Part shown: positions 40,501-53,208 of the stretch, piece by piece
Numbering within the stretch: position 1 is the stretch's first letter
Layout of the letters: every line of letters starts with the position of its first letter
NCBI GenBank assembly: GCA_051362555.1
Contig: CM120641.1
Coordinates: forward strand, 35,594,401-35,658,400
Source of the DNA: Lingula anatina
Lineage: Eukaryota; Animalia; Brachiopoda
Direction of reading: 5' to 3'
Length of the DNA: 64,000 nt
The notes under the pieces: model-generated
Databases searched by the model: none
What the model saw: only the letters and a program-made list of their open reading frames with translations
Told to the model about the DNA's origin: nothing
Position numbers and translations under genes: made by a program

Positions 40501-41244
40501 AAGGACCCTTTCTGCAACAGAAGATTTTCAGTCAGGTCACTATATGATAGTCACAGCTAATGCAAGTTAAGATTTAGTATATGTATGTTATGAATTATGC
40601 AGTGACACATTTTTTCCCTGAAAGTAAATGATTGCTTTGCAATGAGATGTTGTTTTGCCGTCAGTAATGATATATTTATTTTTACAAGCAACACAGTCAA
40701 GCAGGTCTACAGGTTGTAGATGTAATCTCCTTTTAGCATTTTGAAAACTCGGAGATCATTTCTGCCACTTGTTTTGCTTGGTCTGGACCTTAAGCATATT
40801 ATTTGGGAGACATTTTTACTATTACTCAGCTAGACAATTTTTTAAGATAAATCAGTTGTTTCTTTGCATTTAACTAGGTAGCAGATTTGGTCTTCGCTGG
40901 ATGACACCTACCAATGAAGTGGCTCTGTGTGGGCATGCTACACTTGCCTCTGCAGCAGTGTTGTTTTTCTGTTTAAGTAAGTGACTTGTTCATCAGTGTA
41001 TTGCATAGCATAATTCTACGCAATATCTGTCCTCAGTTTCAGAATTAACACGTCATTTTTTTTTTAATTTTCAAAATTTTCACTTGCTACTATTGCAGTA
41101 GTCAGGGTCTAATAAGTGTGAATGTATGTAGATTTGATTATGAAAAAAAACTGTCACATGACTCTTAATGTAGGATGTTTTGTCCACTTTTACAACTTTT
41201 TCCATTTATTATATTTATTTTTTTTAGTTATTCATTTATTTATT

Positions 41245-41280
<36 letters not shown>

Positions 41281-41680
41281 TTGAGTTGCATTGTGTAATC
41301 TGACATCAGATATTTCAGGCATATTGAAAAAAGAGGGAAAAAAAAGAAATGCTGGTGGAGCACAAAATTGATTTCATATGTGTTTGTTTACTTTCAATGC
41401 ATCATCAGCCTATACTGGCTTCTACAATCCTTATCTATTACAGTGATCTAGTTAACAATGTTAATTAACCCCAAAAAGATCCAATGCATTAACCAAGAGA
41501 AATCCAATGATATTATATTGAATTTCTATAGAATATCGTATTGGAGTCCTATACGAATTTTTTTTATGGGCTCCCTACAGTAGTCGTACAGGTAATTCGC
41601 CCAAGTTCCAGTAGGACTCCTGAATGAATCCCTTCATATTTCTGATAGGACAGTCGGTTTTCTTAATGAAATTTCTGTGG

Positions 41681-41712
<32 letters not shown>

Positions 41713-44700
41713 GAAAATTTATTAGGAAAACTTATCAGCAGCTGAAGTTGTCAGCATAGGAACTGAAAGCCACTGGTTAAATTTGAAGACTAGTATCAAC
41801 ATTTAAATGTTAAGTCTAGTGTGTAATTTTCTCTCAAAATAACCCTTCCTGAGTTGACCTGTTTGACCTTGAATATTATTTTTTTCAGATAATCCTTCTC
41901 CTGAGTTGACCTTTGTGACCTTGAGTGGTGAGTTGAAGGCCAGAAGATGTCATCCATTTGTCAGCCTTGACCTTCCTCTCAACAGTTGTGAACCTGAGGT
42001 ATACGAAAACTGGAACTGTCTCTCCATTAAAATTGTATGGAATAAGAAAAAGAAGTCAAAATAATTAATTTGTTGATACATGCATGGTCTGCTTACACTC
42101 TTGCCAGTTAATTGGGCTTATCTTTTGACGTGACTCTTCAGAGCCACATACAGCCACATAACCAAATGTAATTTGACCAACAAGCCACTTAATGTTAACA
42201 TATGAAAGAAAGCAAGGTTTAAATAGAGATGGTTTTATAGAAATCCTGGTGAAAAGGTGTGATTAAACATGTGACCTTTGATCTTTTTCTGCACCTACCT
42301 TGCACTACTGACTGGTTTCTGTCTTTTCATATATGAGAAGCTTGTTGACTAAGTTACACTGAGCTAAATGACCTTATGTGCCCTTGAACAGCCATGTAGA
42401 AAGATAAAGCCCAAGTTTAACTGTCATCTGCATCAGTTGTAGGAATAATGATGCGAGTTAGATTTGTCCTTTTTACTTACTTATTTGCTTCTTTTTGTGT
42501 ATATTTACACAGTACAAAGCAGGTAGACCTAATGACACAGAACACATGGCTTAATAGTAGTAGAAATACTTTTTTGTCGCAAACTAATTACAAAATTTAA
42601 TCACTTACATGAAATATTTTGATGGTCCAACAGCCTTGTTCATTAAAGAGTACTTCTACTAGACTACTGCTATCATCCACCAAACTGATAAAAAATTTTA
42701 AACATTGTCTGGCTTTATAAAGTCCAAGAGTTACCTTTGGAAAAGAAAACTATATTTGGTTAAATTCATCAGGTTGAAGGGATGGATTAATCCTTTCTCT
42801 TATTTTCAGGCTGTGAATGATGCAGAGGAATTGATCAAGGTATGCCGTTTGTTTAACTTTAGTTCTTTATTTTCTGAGTTGAAATGGGGAAGTTGAATTT
42901 AAATTTAATGCATAAAGTTGTTTGTGAAGTGTGACTGAAAGGACTACACTCACATGGCTTTTTATATTCAGGTTAAGATGTGGTATTCAGGCATTTGTGG
43001 GCTACAATTCTGTAAATAAATTACATATACATATTTATAAAGCAAGTATACAGGTATAGTTCTTCATAATCTCAGAGTTGCCTATAGGATAGAAGATAGT
43101 CATCAAATGCATAGACTAGAAGTTTTTATACTTTCAACTAAGTAACATTACCTGAAAATCAAAGGAAGTAATGTATAGAATTTGCCACCTTGTTACAGCT
43201 TGTTAAGTTGCCTACCAGATGCCCAAATGATCTGTTAATATGATGGTGCTGGATATGACAATGTGGTAGTTGTGACAGTGACAGAAAATAACTTTGATGT
43301 TGCAGTTAACAGTGAATTCTCTACCAGTCAAGGAAGTGCAGTATTCAAGTACTACAAAGAAACTTTTGGTGTGCCTTGAAAACGGCGTCAGCAGGTAATT
43401 GTGTTACTGTCACACCTATCATGTGGCCACATCTAACGCACTTACATATAGCTCACTTGAGTATCACCATCTGTCATAAAACAGGCTACAGTGGCAAACC
43501 TGTAGAACATCTGAAGCAGTGGTATTCTCCTTTGTTCACATTAGCATATTTTACAGCCAAGTGAATTGTAAGTCTGACAATGAACTTGGCCTGTTGCTTA
43601 TGTGACCCCAACACCCTTTGACATTAACAGCTAAAGGGTTGCCCTATTAACTAACACGGCAGATCTGAACCCCAAATCACAAAAGGTTTCTAGATTTTCT
43701 AATCCCCCTATGTTGTTTTCAGTTAACGATAGGTGGTTTTGCTGTGAAAGAACTTCAGCACTGTGCTCATACTAAGGATTTGTTGATACTCTTAGAAGAA
43801 AATGTAACAAGGTATTCTTCTGCTGGGAACACATATGTATCTGTCAGCAGAATTTAACACAGTGTCTCAGCTAACACATCAAGGTATCATTTCATCAGTT
43901 ACAGATATATTTTCCCCACATTTCTATACTGAAAAAAGCAGTACTAAATGATTGCAACCACCACAGTTTTTCCTTAAATTTGCCAAAATGTGGAATTACA
44001 TGCAGTAACATAGAAATATGTTACAGTTTGCAAGATCCACAACTTCATAGGCTAGACATTTTGTCTTTTCAGACTACAGCTAGAGAGCATGCAGCCACAT
44101 GTAGATCAAATGATTGCCACCCACAATACAGGACGTATAAAAGGAGTGATTGTAACACTAGGAGGTTCTGAAGGCAATGGTTGTGTGGACTCAAATGGAA
44201 AAGTGTATGATTTTGTGTCTCGCTATTTTGCACCCTGGAATGGGATAAAGGAAGACCCTGTCACAGGTAATCTCCAGCTAAAAAAAAAACACTAATAAAT
44301 CAGCCTAAATAAAGCTTTAACACAGCACATTCTTCAAATTTCTGGCCATAAACTTGACCAACTTATCCCTCCCTCCAGTTCATAAGTCTGTCAAATGAGA
44401 AAGTAATGTATGATGCCTAACTGCAACACGAACGATAGCATGATTATTCAAATGACTGAGGGTTAGCAGAAAATATTTGTTCAAATATCATTTTTTTTCA
44501 GGAAATGTGAAACAATACCCTTTGGTATTTCTTTAAGCAGGGCTTTTTGAAACTATGTGGGGGCATTTGGTCAGGTTTTGTAGTAAAGGTTTGACACGTC
44601 AACTCACTTCAAATGCACCTTTAAAGCACATATACATTAAAATGCTGTAAATTTTGTAAATGCAGCTAATGAAATGCCTCATGTTTTTAATATCATGAGA

Positions 44701-45906
44701 GGTGAAGTAATGTCATCAGGTGTTATTCACATGTTATATATTCATCTTTGGTCTTCCTAGGGTCAGCACACACTGTCCTGTCCAGCTACTGGTCAAAGAA
44801 GTTGGGGAAGAAAGCACTTTACGGTTAGTACACCAACTTATTTGTGCAAAAGAGAGTCAGATACTTTGCAAGCCCATTTATGTAATATACTACCCAGTAT
44901 ATAGCATAACTATATACTAGCAATTCCATTAGTAACTCTGAGCCTTACTTACCATCATATTACTGACACTTTGCTCATCTCACAAACTGGACCATGCTGA
45001 ACAATTTTATGCTATCTCATCTAATGGTTACTTCATAGCATTTCCCTCCTCCATAACTTCTTTCCCACTCTGTCATTTTTCAATCTCTTCCTATTCCATG
45101 AGACTGGAAGACAAAAAGCAGTCATACCTCATACATGTATCTGCACTACTAATTTAGGTTTTCTTATGTCTCACCATAAACCTTATAAACTGCCGACACA
45201 AATGCACATAAGAAGTCCTTGTTTTACTAGCATTATGTTTGAACAAATTCAGATTAGCCAAAGATTAGCCATTTGCAAACTGAAGCCTCAGATTTGTGAG
45301 CACGAATGCCCAAATTAACAACTGGAGGCTTGATTTCATAGCACAAATGTAAAATTAGCATTTGATTTTAGTTTCAACATTAGTTTTCTTGTTATTGCAT
45401 CTACATACATCTACAACTTATTTCAAACTCTTACAAAAAGGGCTGCTTTTTTGTGTTTGCATTGACACTAATGCTCCACTTGACCGTAAAAAGGCCTCTG
45501 TAATGAGTTTTGCAAGGAATTTTTGCCAATTGTAGTTGTAAAATAGAGAAAAAAATGCCATCCCTTGTTAAACTAGATTTTATTGCATATACTTGACTTA
45601 ATCTGCAATTATACCAGTCCTTGACTTGCGACATGAAATGCATTTACCTTTCATACTTGCAAGCATGATATTATAAAGAATTGATGGTCATAATTAAATT
45701 TCAAATCACACCTAACACATTGTAATTGGTTTCACTTGTTGACACGATTATTACATTAAGTATATCTGAAACTGCTTTAATTTTTAATTACAGCACGCCA
45801 GTGTTCACCAAGAGGAGGTGACCTCAAAATTCAAGTAAGAGATGACGGTAGAGTTGACATTGCAGGAGAAGCTGCCATAGTCTTGAGTGGGAACATCTTT
45901 ATCTAG
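37547..45906 (+). CDS. PBLD: Phenazine biosynthesis-like (PhzF/PBLD) domain protein, about 309 aa
   Basis: Exons 37547-37678 ([16 protein letters not shown]), 40436-40535 (EMNLSETAF), 40878-40976 ([19 protein letters not shown]), 41889-41998, 42810-42839, 43306-43394 (or 43723-43811), 44073-44266 ([21 protein letters not shown]), 44761-44823 (SAHTVL), 45794-45906 (QCSPRGG...*). Phase-consistent GT-AG. Confidence 0.95.
38866..39075 (+). pseudogene. Degenerate THAP-domain ORF, remnant of a DNA transposon, in PBLD intron 1
   Basis: [13 protein letters not shown]...[14 protein letters not shown]...WSP matches the THAP N-terminus (C-x4-C, KD..RR...AI, W.P), but the conserved W and the closing C..HF are lost. 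Confidence 0.6.
39590..40668 (+). repeat. Decayed tandem duplication spanning the 3' end of PBLD exon 2
   Basis: Block A at 39590-39699 and 39879-39986. Block B (GAAGATTTTCAGTC(G/A)GGTCACTATATGATAGTCACAGCTAATGCAAG...) at 39715-39878 and 40502-40668. Confidence 0.85.
43723..43811 (+). CDS. PBLD: PBLD alternative exon 6b, mutually exclusive paralogue of exon 6a (43306-43394)
   Basis: 89 nt, phase 0 to 2, acceptor ttgttttcag, donor AG|gtattc. Translates [30 protein letters not shown] versus 6a [30 protein letters not shown]. Confidence 0.85.
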
Positions 45907-46243
45907 TCAACATTTGTGGACTATCAGCATTATTAGACATGTTGTTCATCAATCACAAATAATAAAAACTGAAAACAAAGCTATGAAAAAAAAAAGAAAA
46001 TTGACAGTCAAAGAAGCATTTCTACTTTTAAAATATATGTTGTTCATAGAATTGAAAAGAAAACCCTGTAAAAAGAAGAGATGTATTAGTTAGTTACTGC
46101 ATAATTGACAAACCTGCATAGGAAAAGATTAGATTCTACAAACAAGGAATACTTGTATCGCTTTAAAGTAGACAAAAATGAAAATTGGTATAAGTTTGAG
46201 TTCGGGAGAAAACTTTTTATCCCAAGTGTTCTTATGATTCAGT

Positions 46244-46282
<39 letters not shown>
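46244..46282. repeat. (TA)n(GA)n compound microsatellite
   Basis: Read directly. Confidence 0.9.
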
Positions 46283-46911
46283 CGTAATTCCTTTCTGAAA
46301 CAATTTTGGTGCTAGATAAGGGATAGTAATTTGTATAAAAACAAAATCTGCGGTGCAGTTGTTTTAAAGCTGCAGTAACAGTCTTCTAATTTCATTCAAA
46401 CACAGCATTTGATAAGTACAGGTATTTCAAAACTGTTAATGTTTCATATACAACTTCAGCCAAGTGGGTTGCAATTTTACTATTAAAAATTGTAGTTGCC
46501 AAATTATTCTATTTTTCTATGCTGCAATCAATCTACTGTGTTACTGTAATGTACAATGCTAAGGATTTAATTGTAAAAGACGGTGATATTTATACTGAGA
46601 GTATATAATAATGAAAAATAATTTTACTGTTTTAAATCCAATAGGTTTTTTTAAAAGTGAAATTCCATATTTGTTCAGGAGTGTAATAAGAAGAGATTTT
46701 TAAACAGTACATAATAAATCTGTTGCTTAAAAGAATGGTTTATTAATTCTAATTCTAATGTTTACATCCCTTTGTTTAAGGTGTATAGATGCTAAATGCA
46801 ATGTCGAAATGATCATAGGCCTATGGCTATTTACATAGGGAAATGCTGTGAATAATTTTCCAGAAATACAGATTTTATGCTGCATGTAACAAATAAATGC
46901 AGAACATTGAT

Positions 46912-47130
46912 AAACTAAAAAACCACCTAGAGAGCACAGACCTCCACCAAAGCAGCTTAATTCTCAATTAATTGATCAATGGATCACCATCAAAATCTAC
47001 TTGATTCTAAGTCGGCCCATTACTGACCTATCCTGAAAGTTGTATCAAATATTCGTTCATAACTTTTTGAGTAAGGGTGTTAAGTAACAAACCAAGTCAA
47101 AAATATAACCTCCATGGTGGAGGCTATTAA
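46912..47130. mobile_element. Non-autonomous Helentron/HINE (DINE-like) element
   Basis: Begins AAACTAAAAAACCACCTAGAGAGCACAGACCTCCACCA. Subterminal ACCTCCACCA (46940-46949) is inverted relative to the end hairpin ACCTCCATGGTGGAGG (47108-47123). A-rich flanks and no TSD. Confidence 0.6.
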
Positions 47131-48774
47131 AAAGGGGTGACTTGGACCTAAGGGACAACAATACTTTCAATAAATATATTCTTGGCTAGCGTGTAAAAAA
47201 AAACAAAAAAAACAACATCAAACTGGCAGCAGGTCCGTTAGTTCACAATCAAGCCGCCAGACGGCAGCACATTGAAGTGCAGCGTCCACACCTGTGCCTA
47301 ATGCGTTGCTTAATGGTCCACGATGAATTGTGCGGCTAAACATGACTAAGATTAAAGTTCCATTAATTGACAGAGCCCTCCCTAAACACCTGGCTTCTGA
47401 ATAGATCCTGCTAGGAACACCTGGGCGCACGCTGTCGTTGTGTTATTACATTGCTATTTGCATTTCAATTCCTATTAAAGGATCCAAGGAAGCCTTATAT
47501 GTTGCCTATATAACTGATATAATACGGCAGGTGCGAGGAATCGCCACTATGGCCATGTCGCGAGGGACAAAAGGGGGCCTTATGTTTGTTGACTTGAGGA
47601 AATGGATATATAAATCATGATCAACTCAATATAATTATGTCACATCAAAAGTTACAGCATTATCTTGCTCCCAAGCACAGCGCATTTTCAGAACTGGCAG
47701 AGAAATGCCAGCAGCAAGAGAGTGCGCTTCTTTATTACGAAGGTTTGCTATGTGTGCGAGAGACAGTTCGACAGAAAAGAGAGACCTGTAACTGACAAAC
47801 AAACAAAATTCTCGATATTCTTTTTTCATATCCGTATTTGCAACAAAAATATGTTAACTAATAAGAACTTTGTACATGCCATAGTTTGGCACAACCTAGC
47901 TTAGAGCGTTACCTTCACATAATTTGTGTACCGTTAGTTGCATTTGCTAACAACGTATTGTGCATGGTGAGAAAGATAGGTAGAGTGCATATACCTTCTA
48001 TTGTTAGCTTTTTATTTTCAATCATATGATGTATATTCAACTTGAGCACCATGCGCATACTTAATAATTAAATTTTAGTAGACAGGGAAACAAAAATTTG
48101 TGTTTATGGAAACATATGGGCGCTGGATATTTTACGGCCATATTGATAGGAATATCGATGCCGAAAAGCTTGCGTATTAATCTTTGAGTAAATTTTTGTT
48201 TTCATTGGCTCTCTCTGAGGCATAAAGTTCCTCTCACATGGAAAATTATTCTGTATTAACCCACTATTCATACTTATAGCAAATAACTGAGGGATTCTGC
48301 ACTCGACAAATTAAGTTGAACCCCCCTTACTTTGAAGCCGACGTTTTTACCTTCTGCTCGCGAAATCGTTTTTCTTCCACGTTACACTTGTTTACTTCTG
48401 GAAGTGTGCTGGGCTGTGGTTGTTTCCCCAAGCCTGATTCCAGGGATGAAGTCAGTGCAGTTTGCAAAAAGGGCTCTGAAGAGAGCATAGAGCACAAATG
48501 AGCCGTCAAATTTTGTTTCTCATAAATCCAAAATACTTGGGTGTCATATCCATGATATTGCGCCAAGTTACACGTGTTTGTCGTGGAATTATGTCTTAAA
48601 TATTTCTATTAACGTTTTAACATTTTTAATAACCCCGTACCTTTTATTGCCTTTAATCGTGTCGTATAGATATGGTACACCCCTTTGCAGTTATGAAATA
48701 GTACCCTGTTCAAAAATTTCACTTTTTACACAAAATTAATTTATGAGGCAAGTAAAGAGTTTTACAAGCGTACT

Positions 48775-48777
<3 letters not shown>

Positions 48778-48851
<74 letters not shown>
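48778..48851. repeat. (AT)n microsatellite, about 37 units
   Basis: Read directly. Confidence 0.95.
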
Positions 48852-48853
<2 letters not shown>

Positions 48854-49631
48854 CATATTAATCACCACAGATTTGTTTGTGTGTGTGTGATATAATTAAA
48901 AATACCTGACCCTCCCCCACCTCCAGCTGACCAAAAACACTTTCATTTTATGGATAATATTTTAATATTAGTTTAAAGTTTTGTTAACAAGTATTATTTA
49001 TCGTATGAAATGTTCAAAACAACAGCAAAAATTAGAACAGAGTAAATATCGTGACCTAGTGCATCAGTGATAATTTATTATGGCATGATAAAAAGTGAAG
49101 ATCAATAAACCTGAAGCTCGTACACAGTAGGAGCATATGATGATGTGGCTGGCCGGGTTCAAACTGGAAGCACCCTGTATATCAATGGACGCAGAACATG
49201 TCAATTATACATCTATTTGGCATATCTAATTCAAGTCGGCTAAAGTCAAGGTTCACTTATATCAAGCTGCTATCAACCCCAATGTGTATACTGTACATAC
49301 AACACAAATCTTTGTTCTACATTATCTTTGGCATTTTACTATTGCAGCTGAAAGTGAGACAGGGGCCCGCTCAGGCTGATGTGCACGGGGAGAGAAGATG
49401 CCAACGAATTTCTTGTGAACTGAAGGACTTATAGCCTACTCAGTACAAGGTCTGTTCTGTTCCAAACGTTTCTCTTGCAAGTAAGTCTACTGCGTCGTCG
49501 TTGTCCATCTCTGGTCACTTAGTGGTACTCTCTCCTGTTTTCCCTGCCAGTACTTTTTTTTATTCCCGCCATATCACTTTTGTGTGAACCAAAAGAGCAG
49601 ACGACACTTCGCAAAAGGTACATAGGTTGCA

Positions 49632-49662
49632 GCAGGTGTCAGACCCACCTGCTCTGTGGGAA
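49632..49662. promoter_or_regulatory. Proneural E-box pair plus Su(H)/CSL site, candidate enhancer 3' of ATOH8/net
   Basis: GCAGGTG 49632-49638, CACCTGC 49646-49652, TGTGGGAA 49655-49662. Confidence 0.4.
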
Positions 49663-50509
49663 AAGCTGCCGTGACAACGTAAAAAGAACGCATGATATTA
49701 GTGTTAATTAAAAGCAAATCGCGGTTACTCCTCTTTCAGGGTTTTAATTTGTGTATGGATATATACCGAATAGATAAGTAGGTTTGTTTGGATTTTTTTC
49801 CGTTCAGATTCTGCTAAGTGAATTAAATTCTGGAAAAGTTGTTACGTTTCTCAGACGACACCTGATGCGCGCCCCGTCAGCACTAGAACAGGTGTTCAAC
49901 TGTTTTCTTATGAGCATTTCCCTGAGAGCGACAACAAAACTTGTTTTTTTCTAAGCCCTCTCACACATTTTTGTCGTTCGTTGAGTGCACCGGCGTCCTT
50001 GATGTCCCTGCGTCTCGTAGCAGTGGCGCCAGCACCGCTGTTAACCGGAGCTAATTGGAAATCAGATCCTACGTCAGGCAGTGGAGCGTGTTGGACCAGA
50101 TGGCCCCGGCAGCTGCTACCCGCTTCATACACGACTCGCGTTACACCGGGGATGACCCCAGCCGGGTGGCGCGAATAACTTATCTTCACTTTAGGCGCCA
50201 GTCTTACGCAGACGCATCAATTTCCAACAAAACAAATCCACATTTCCGTTTGTTCTGTAAGCCACCTGTCCGCTTTGGCCTGACCTTTGCGGTGTAACCC
50301 CGCATAGTGCCTATCACGGGGAAGGAGGCGCGATAAGAATATGGGTAAGAAATGTGTGAAATTACCAACGCCTTGAAGATCCTTGAACATAAATCCGGTA
50401 TCAACCAACAGTACAACATATTTTTAATTCGTGAAGCGTCCTTTTTTCAAGAAAAAAAGTAGTGCAGTAAAATAATGGTTTCCAATTTTTGTTCTTATTA
50501 ATATCAGCA

Positions 50510-51490
50510 TCAATGCCGTCGTCTCGCTCTCCCCTCTGCATTGATAGTTTTCGTACACAGTTCTACACATTCCTGAAAGTTCAATCCTTTTTGGTCTTCG
50601 CTGTAATCCATATCGGCCAAGCGGGCCAGAGACAAGATATAACTACAAGCTATTCGCAAAATTGCTAGTTTTGAAAGTTTTTGGTTATTGGAATACGACG
50701 GCACAGCTCTGCGTAGTCTCTCAAATGCTGCGCTTATCGTGTGTACGCGCGTGCGTTCGCGGGCATTGGCCTCCACGCGCCTCTCTCGCGTCATATTTTT
50801 GTAATTTTTCCGTCGTCTTGAGCCGTGTTTTAACCCTAAGTCGTCGTCATAATCTTCAGCCTCGTCATCTTCACCGGCGTCTGCTGCAGGATACGTAGTC
50901 CTTGCCGTCTCCACCGCAGCTGAATTGGAAGCGCTAGACGTCGACTGCGACCGTCCCGTAGCACGCGACGACTCGCCCTCAGCACTTTTATCGTTTGGAG
51001 GTGCTATGCTCCTTTGGAATAGATTCATTGTAGAAAGAAGTGCAGGGTGGGGGTATCCGTACATGCCAGCATACTGCGGCGGAAGATAAAACTGGAACGG
51101 CCATCCCCCGGGATACGGAGGTACCCGACCGAGAGAATCTGGACTTAACGATCCGGGGTGACTTGGGGGCGTAGGGCCTGAGTGTGCTGGTGAGGGTATG
51201 GTTGCTTGTCCAACATGGCCCCCAGGGACTACCGTGCCTTTAACAGTCTCCCCCGCACGTGAAATAATCGTCGCCCTCTGCTCATACCCTGGGCTGGCTC
51301 TGGCTGGGCTTGGTGGGCTTTGACATAACCTCTTTACGCTAAAGTCAGTTGTGCGTCTCCGAGGCTCCTGTAGCTTACGCTTGTTTTTCCTAGAATCTTC
51401 TGTCGCCTCGGAGGATTCGGACACGGTCCGGGATTTAGTGGACAGGTCTAGAGCTTGAGGCTCTGGGTCGAACTTCGTCGCACTTGCCAT
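50510..51490 (-). CDS. ATOH8: Atonal-superfamily bHLH transcription factor, ATOH8/Net family, intronless, 326 aa
   Basis: bHLH YKNMTRERRVEANARERTRVHTISAAFERLRRAVPSYSNNQKLSKLAILRIACSYILSLARLADMDYS is diagnostic of Net/ATOH8. N-terminal ALDLS is CtBP-motif-like. Pro-rich linker. Confidence 0.95.
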   Translation of the reverse strand: MASATKFDPEPQALDLSTKSRTVSESSEATEDSRKNKRKLQEPRRRTTDFSVKRLCQSPPSPARASPGYEQRATIISRAGETVKGTVVPGGHVGQATIPSPAHSGPTPPSHPGSLSPDSLGRVPPYPGGWPFQFYLPPQYAGMYGYPHPALLSTMNLFQRSIAPPNDKSAEGESSRATGRSQSTSSASNSAAVETARTTYPAADAGEDDEAEDYDDDLGLKHGSRRRKNYKNMTRERRVEANARERTRVHTISAAFERLRRAVPSYSNNQKLSKLAILRIACSYILSLARLADMDYSEDQKGLNFQECVELCTKTINAEGRARRRH

Positions 51491-51508
51491 TGTTTGGCAT
51501 GCGAGTGA

Positions 51509-51566
51509 AAGTGATGTCTGAGTTTCAGCTGCCGTTACTTATACTGCCCAGCTTAACGTGACGTAG
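51509..51566 (-). promoter_or_regulatory. Candidate core promoter of ATOH8/net
   Basis: TATAAG on the minus strand at 51538-51543, Inr-like TCACTT about 30 nt downstream, CRE-like TGACGT at about 51559-51564. Confidence 0.45.
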
Positions 51567-53167
51567 ACTCACTCACAAGGCGGGGAATTTTAAGTGTTCC
51601 TCATTCCTACATGACTGACTGACCGCTGGCTACTCAATAAGAAAATTGGTCAGTGGTCAGGACACCTGTTGGTCACGGTGCATTATCTCTCACAGCTTAA
51701 TGTTTACACCTGAATGTGTGTGCGGTAAGATTCAGGGGGAGCGGGTGTGTGTGGCCGTCGACGTGCTGTGTACACTCCTTTCAGTAAGGTGTCCGAGGTT
51801 TAAGTGAGGCCGCCTGTCAAAGGCAGCCGTGAAAATAACCTCACTTCACTTGCTGTACGTCCGTGTAATGGGTCACGTGCGACCAGACACACTCTCGTAA
51901 CGTATGTTCAGCGTGACGACTGACTGACGCTCCAGGTAGAAAGGATACTAGCTCCGCGGCCAGTGATTTATGCTACTACCTGAAGAGAGAGAGAGAGAAC
52001 GATCTGCATTCCACAGTGCACTAGTCTGCGTTATAAGATGCAGCAAACATCTGGCGCTCAACAAGCCAATTAATAATAACAGATTGTGTTTACAACCGCA
52101 CTGGGCCAGTCACCGGGTCGATAAAACTACAGTCCTCGCTCACTTATATTAGAACCCTTCAAATCGGCCTTCCGAGCCTCTTACACAGAATGAGATGTAC
52201 ATGAAGCCTCCTACACAGACATATCTTTTCTTTTTTGCTTAAACCATAACTCGTTTGATTTCAAGTCGTAAGATATTTACCATTTCAGAGGGATGTTATA
52301 AAGTTTCCTTTACAAATTCAATGAGAATGTATTTTGGACATAAATGTGAAATATAAATTCGAAAAACGTCAATGAAACTTTATTGTCTAATGAAAGAAAC
52401 CATAGTTCACTGCATGAAAGAGAAAAACATTTCTTGGCGTTTAGGATTTTTTAAAGTATAAAACAGCTCGAAGAACTGCGGAGGAGGGTACTGAAAACGC
52501 AGAACAGTCTTTAGGAGTTCCAAGAGCGTCTTGTCAGAGTAAGATATTGTTTGAAGCAAGACGGCTTTAATTAAAGGCACCGGAAGAATAAGTTATTCGC
52601 GCACAAAAGCAGTTGTGTACCAGCTGGAAAGTAGACACCCTGTCTCTAGTGTTAAGCATGACGAACAACATGAAAAAATAACAAAACTGGCTACATAATA
52701 ATTAATGATATCATTTGTACTCAATATTAGTGACATACAATTTGTCTTTTATCGCTTAATGGGCCTAATGGCATTGGTTTATGTTGGGGAAAACACTGAT
52801 ATCGATTAGTAGGGTTTACGCGTAACAGCCAAAGATGGAATTTTGGATGAAAGATTTCTACATTTATATATTTTTGATAAGAATATTTGTATTGTGAAGC
52901 CTTCTATATTTCGAAATGCACGCACCAGGTGTATGTGCAGTGTAAACTGAATACCAACTACATTAATGTATTACTAAGAACCTAATGTGCTTGATCTGGC
53001 TGTCGGCTAAATTTTTTTAAAATTCCACTTAAATGTCAATGCATCAGTAAATAGATAGATTATTACAATATATAGTACACATATGTGACAAATATCCCAC
53101 TAGAGCTGTTACTAAATTATTGTATCAGAAAGACTATATAATACCATTGGGGTAACTGATTTTAACT

Positions 53168-53208
53168 GGGGGGGGGGGGGGGAGATAGAGAGAGAGAGAG
53201 AGAGAGAG
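53168..53208. repeat. Poly-G plus (GA)n microsatellite
   Basis: Read directly. Confidence 0.9.

Noticed and set aside
41460-41680. Possible CACTA-like or MITE fragment in PBLD intron 3
   Set aside because: Repetitive in texture, but no TIR pair or TSD could be fixed.
49908-50419. Overlapping short ORFs downstream of ATOH8/net
   Set aside because: By-product of high GC in regulatory or UTR sequence, with no domain or splice support.
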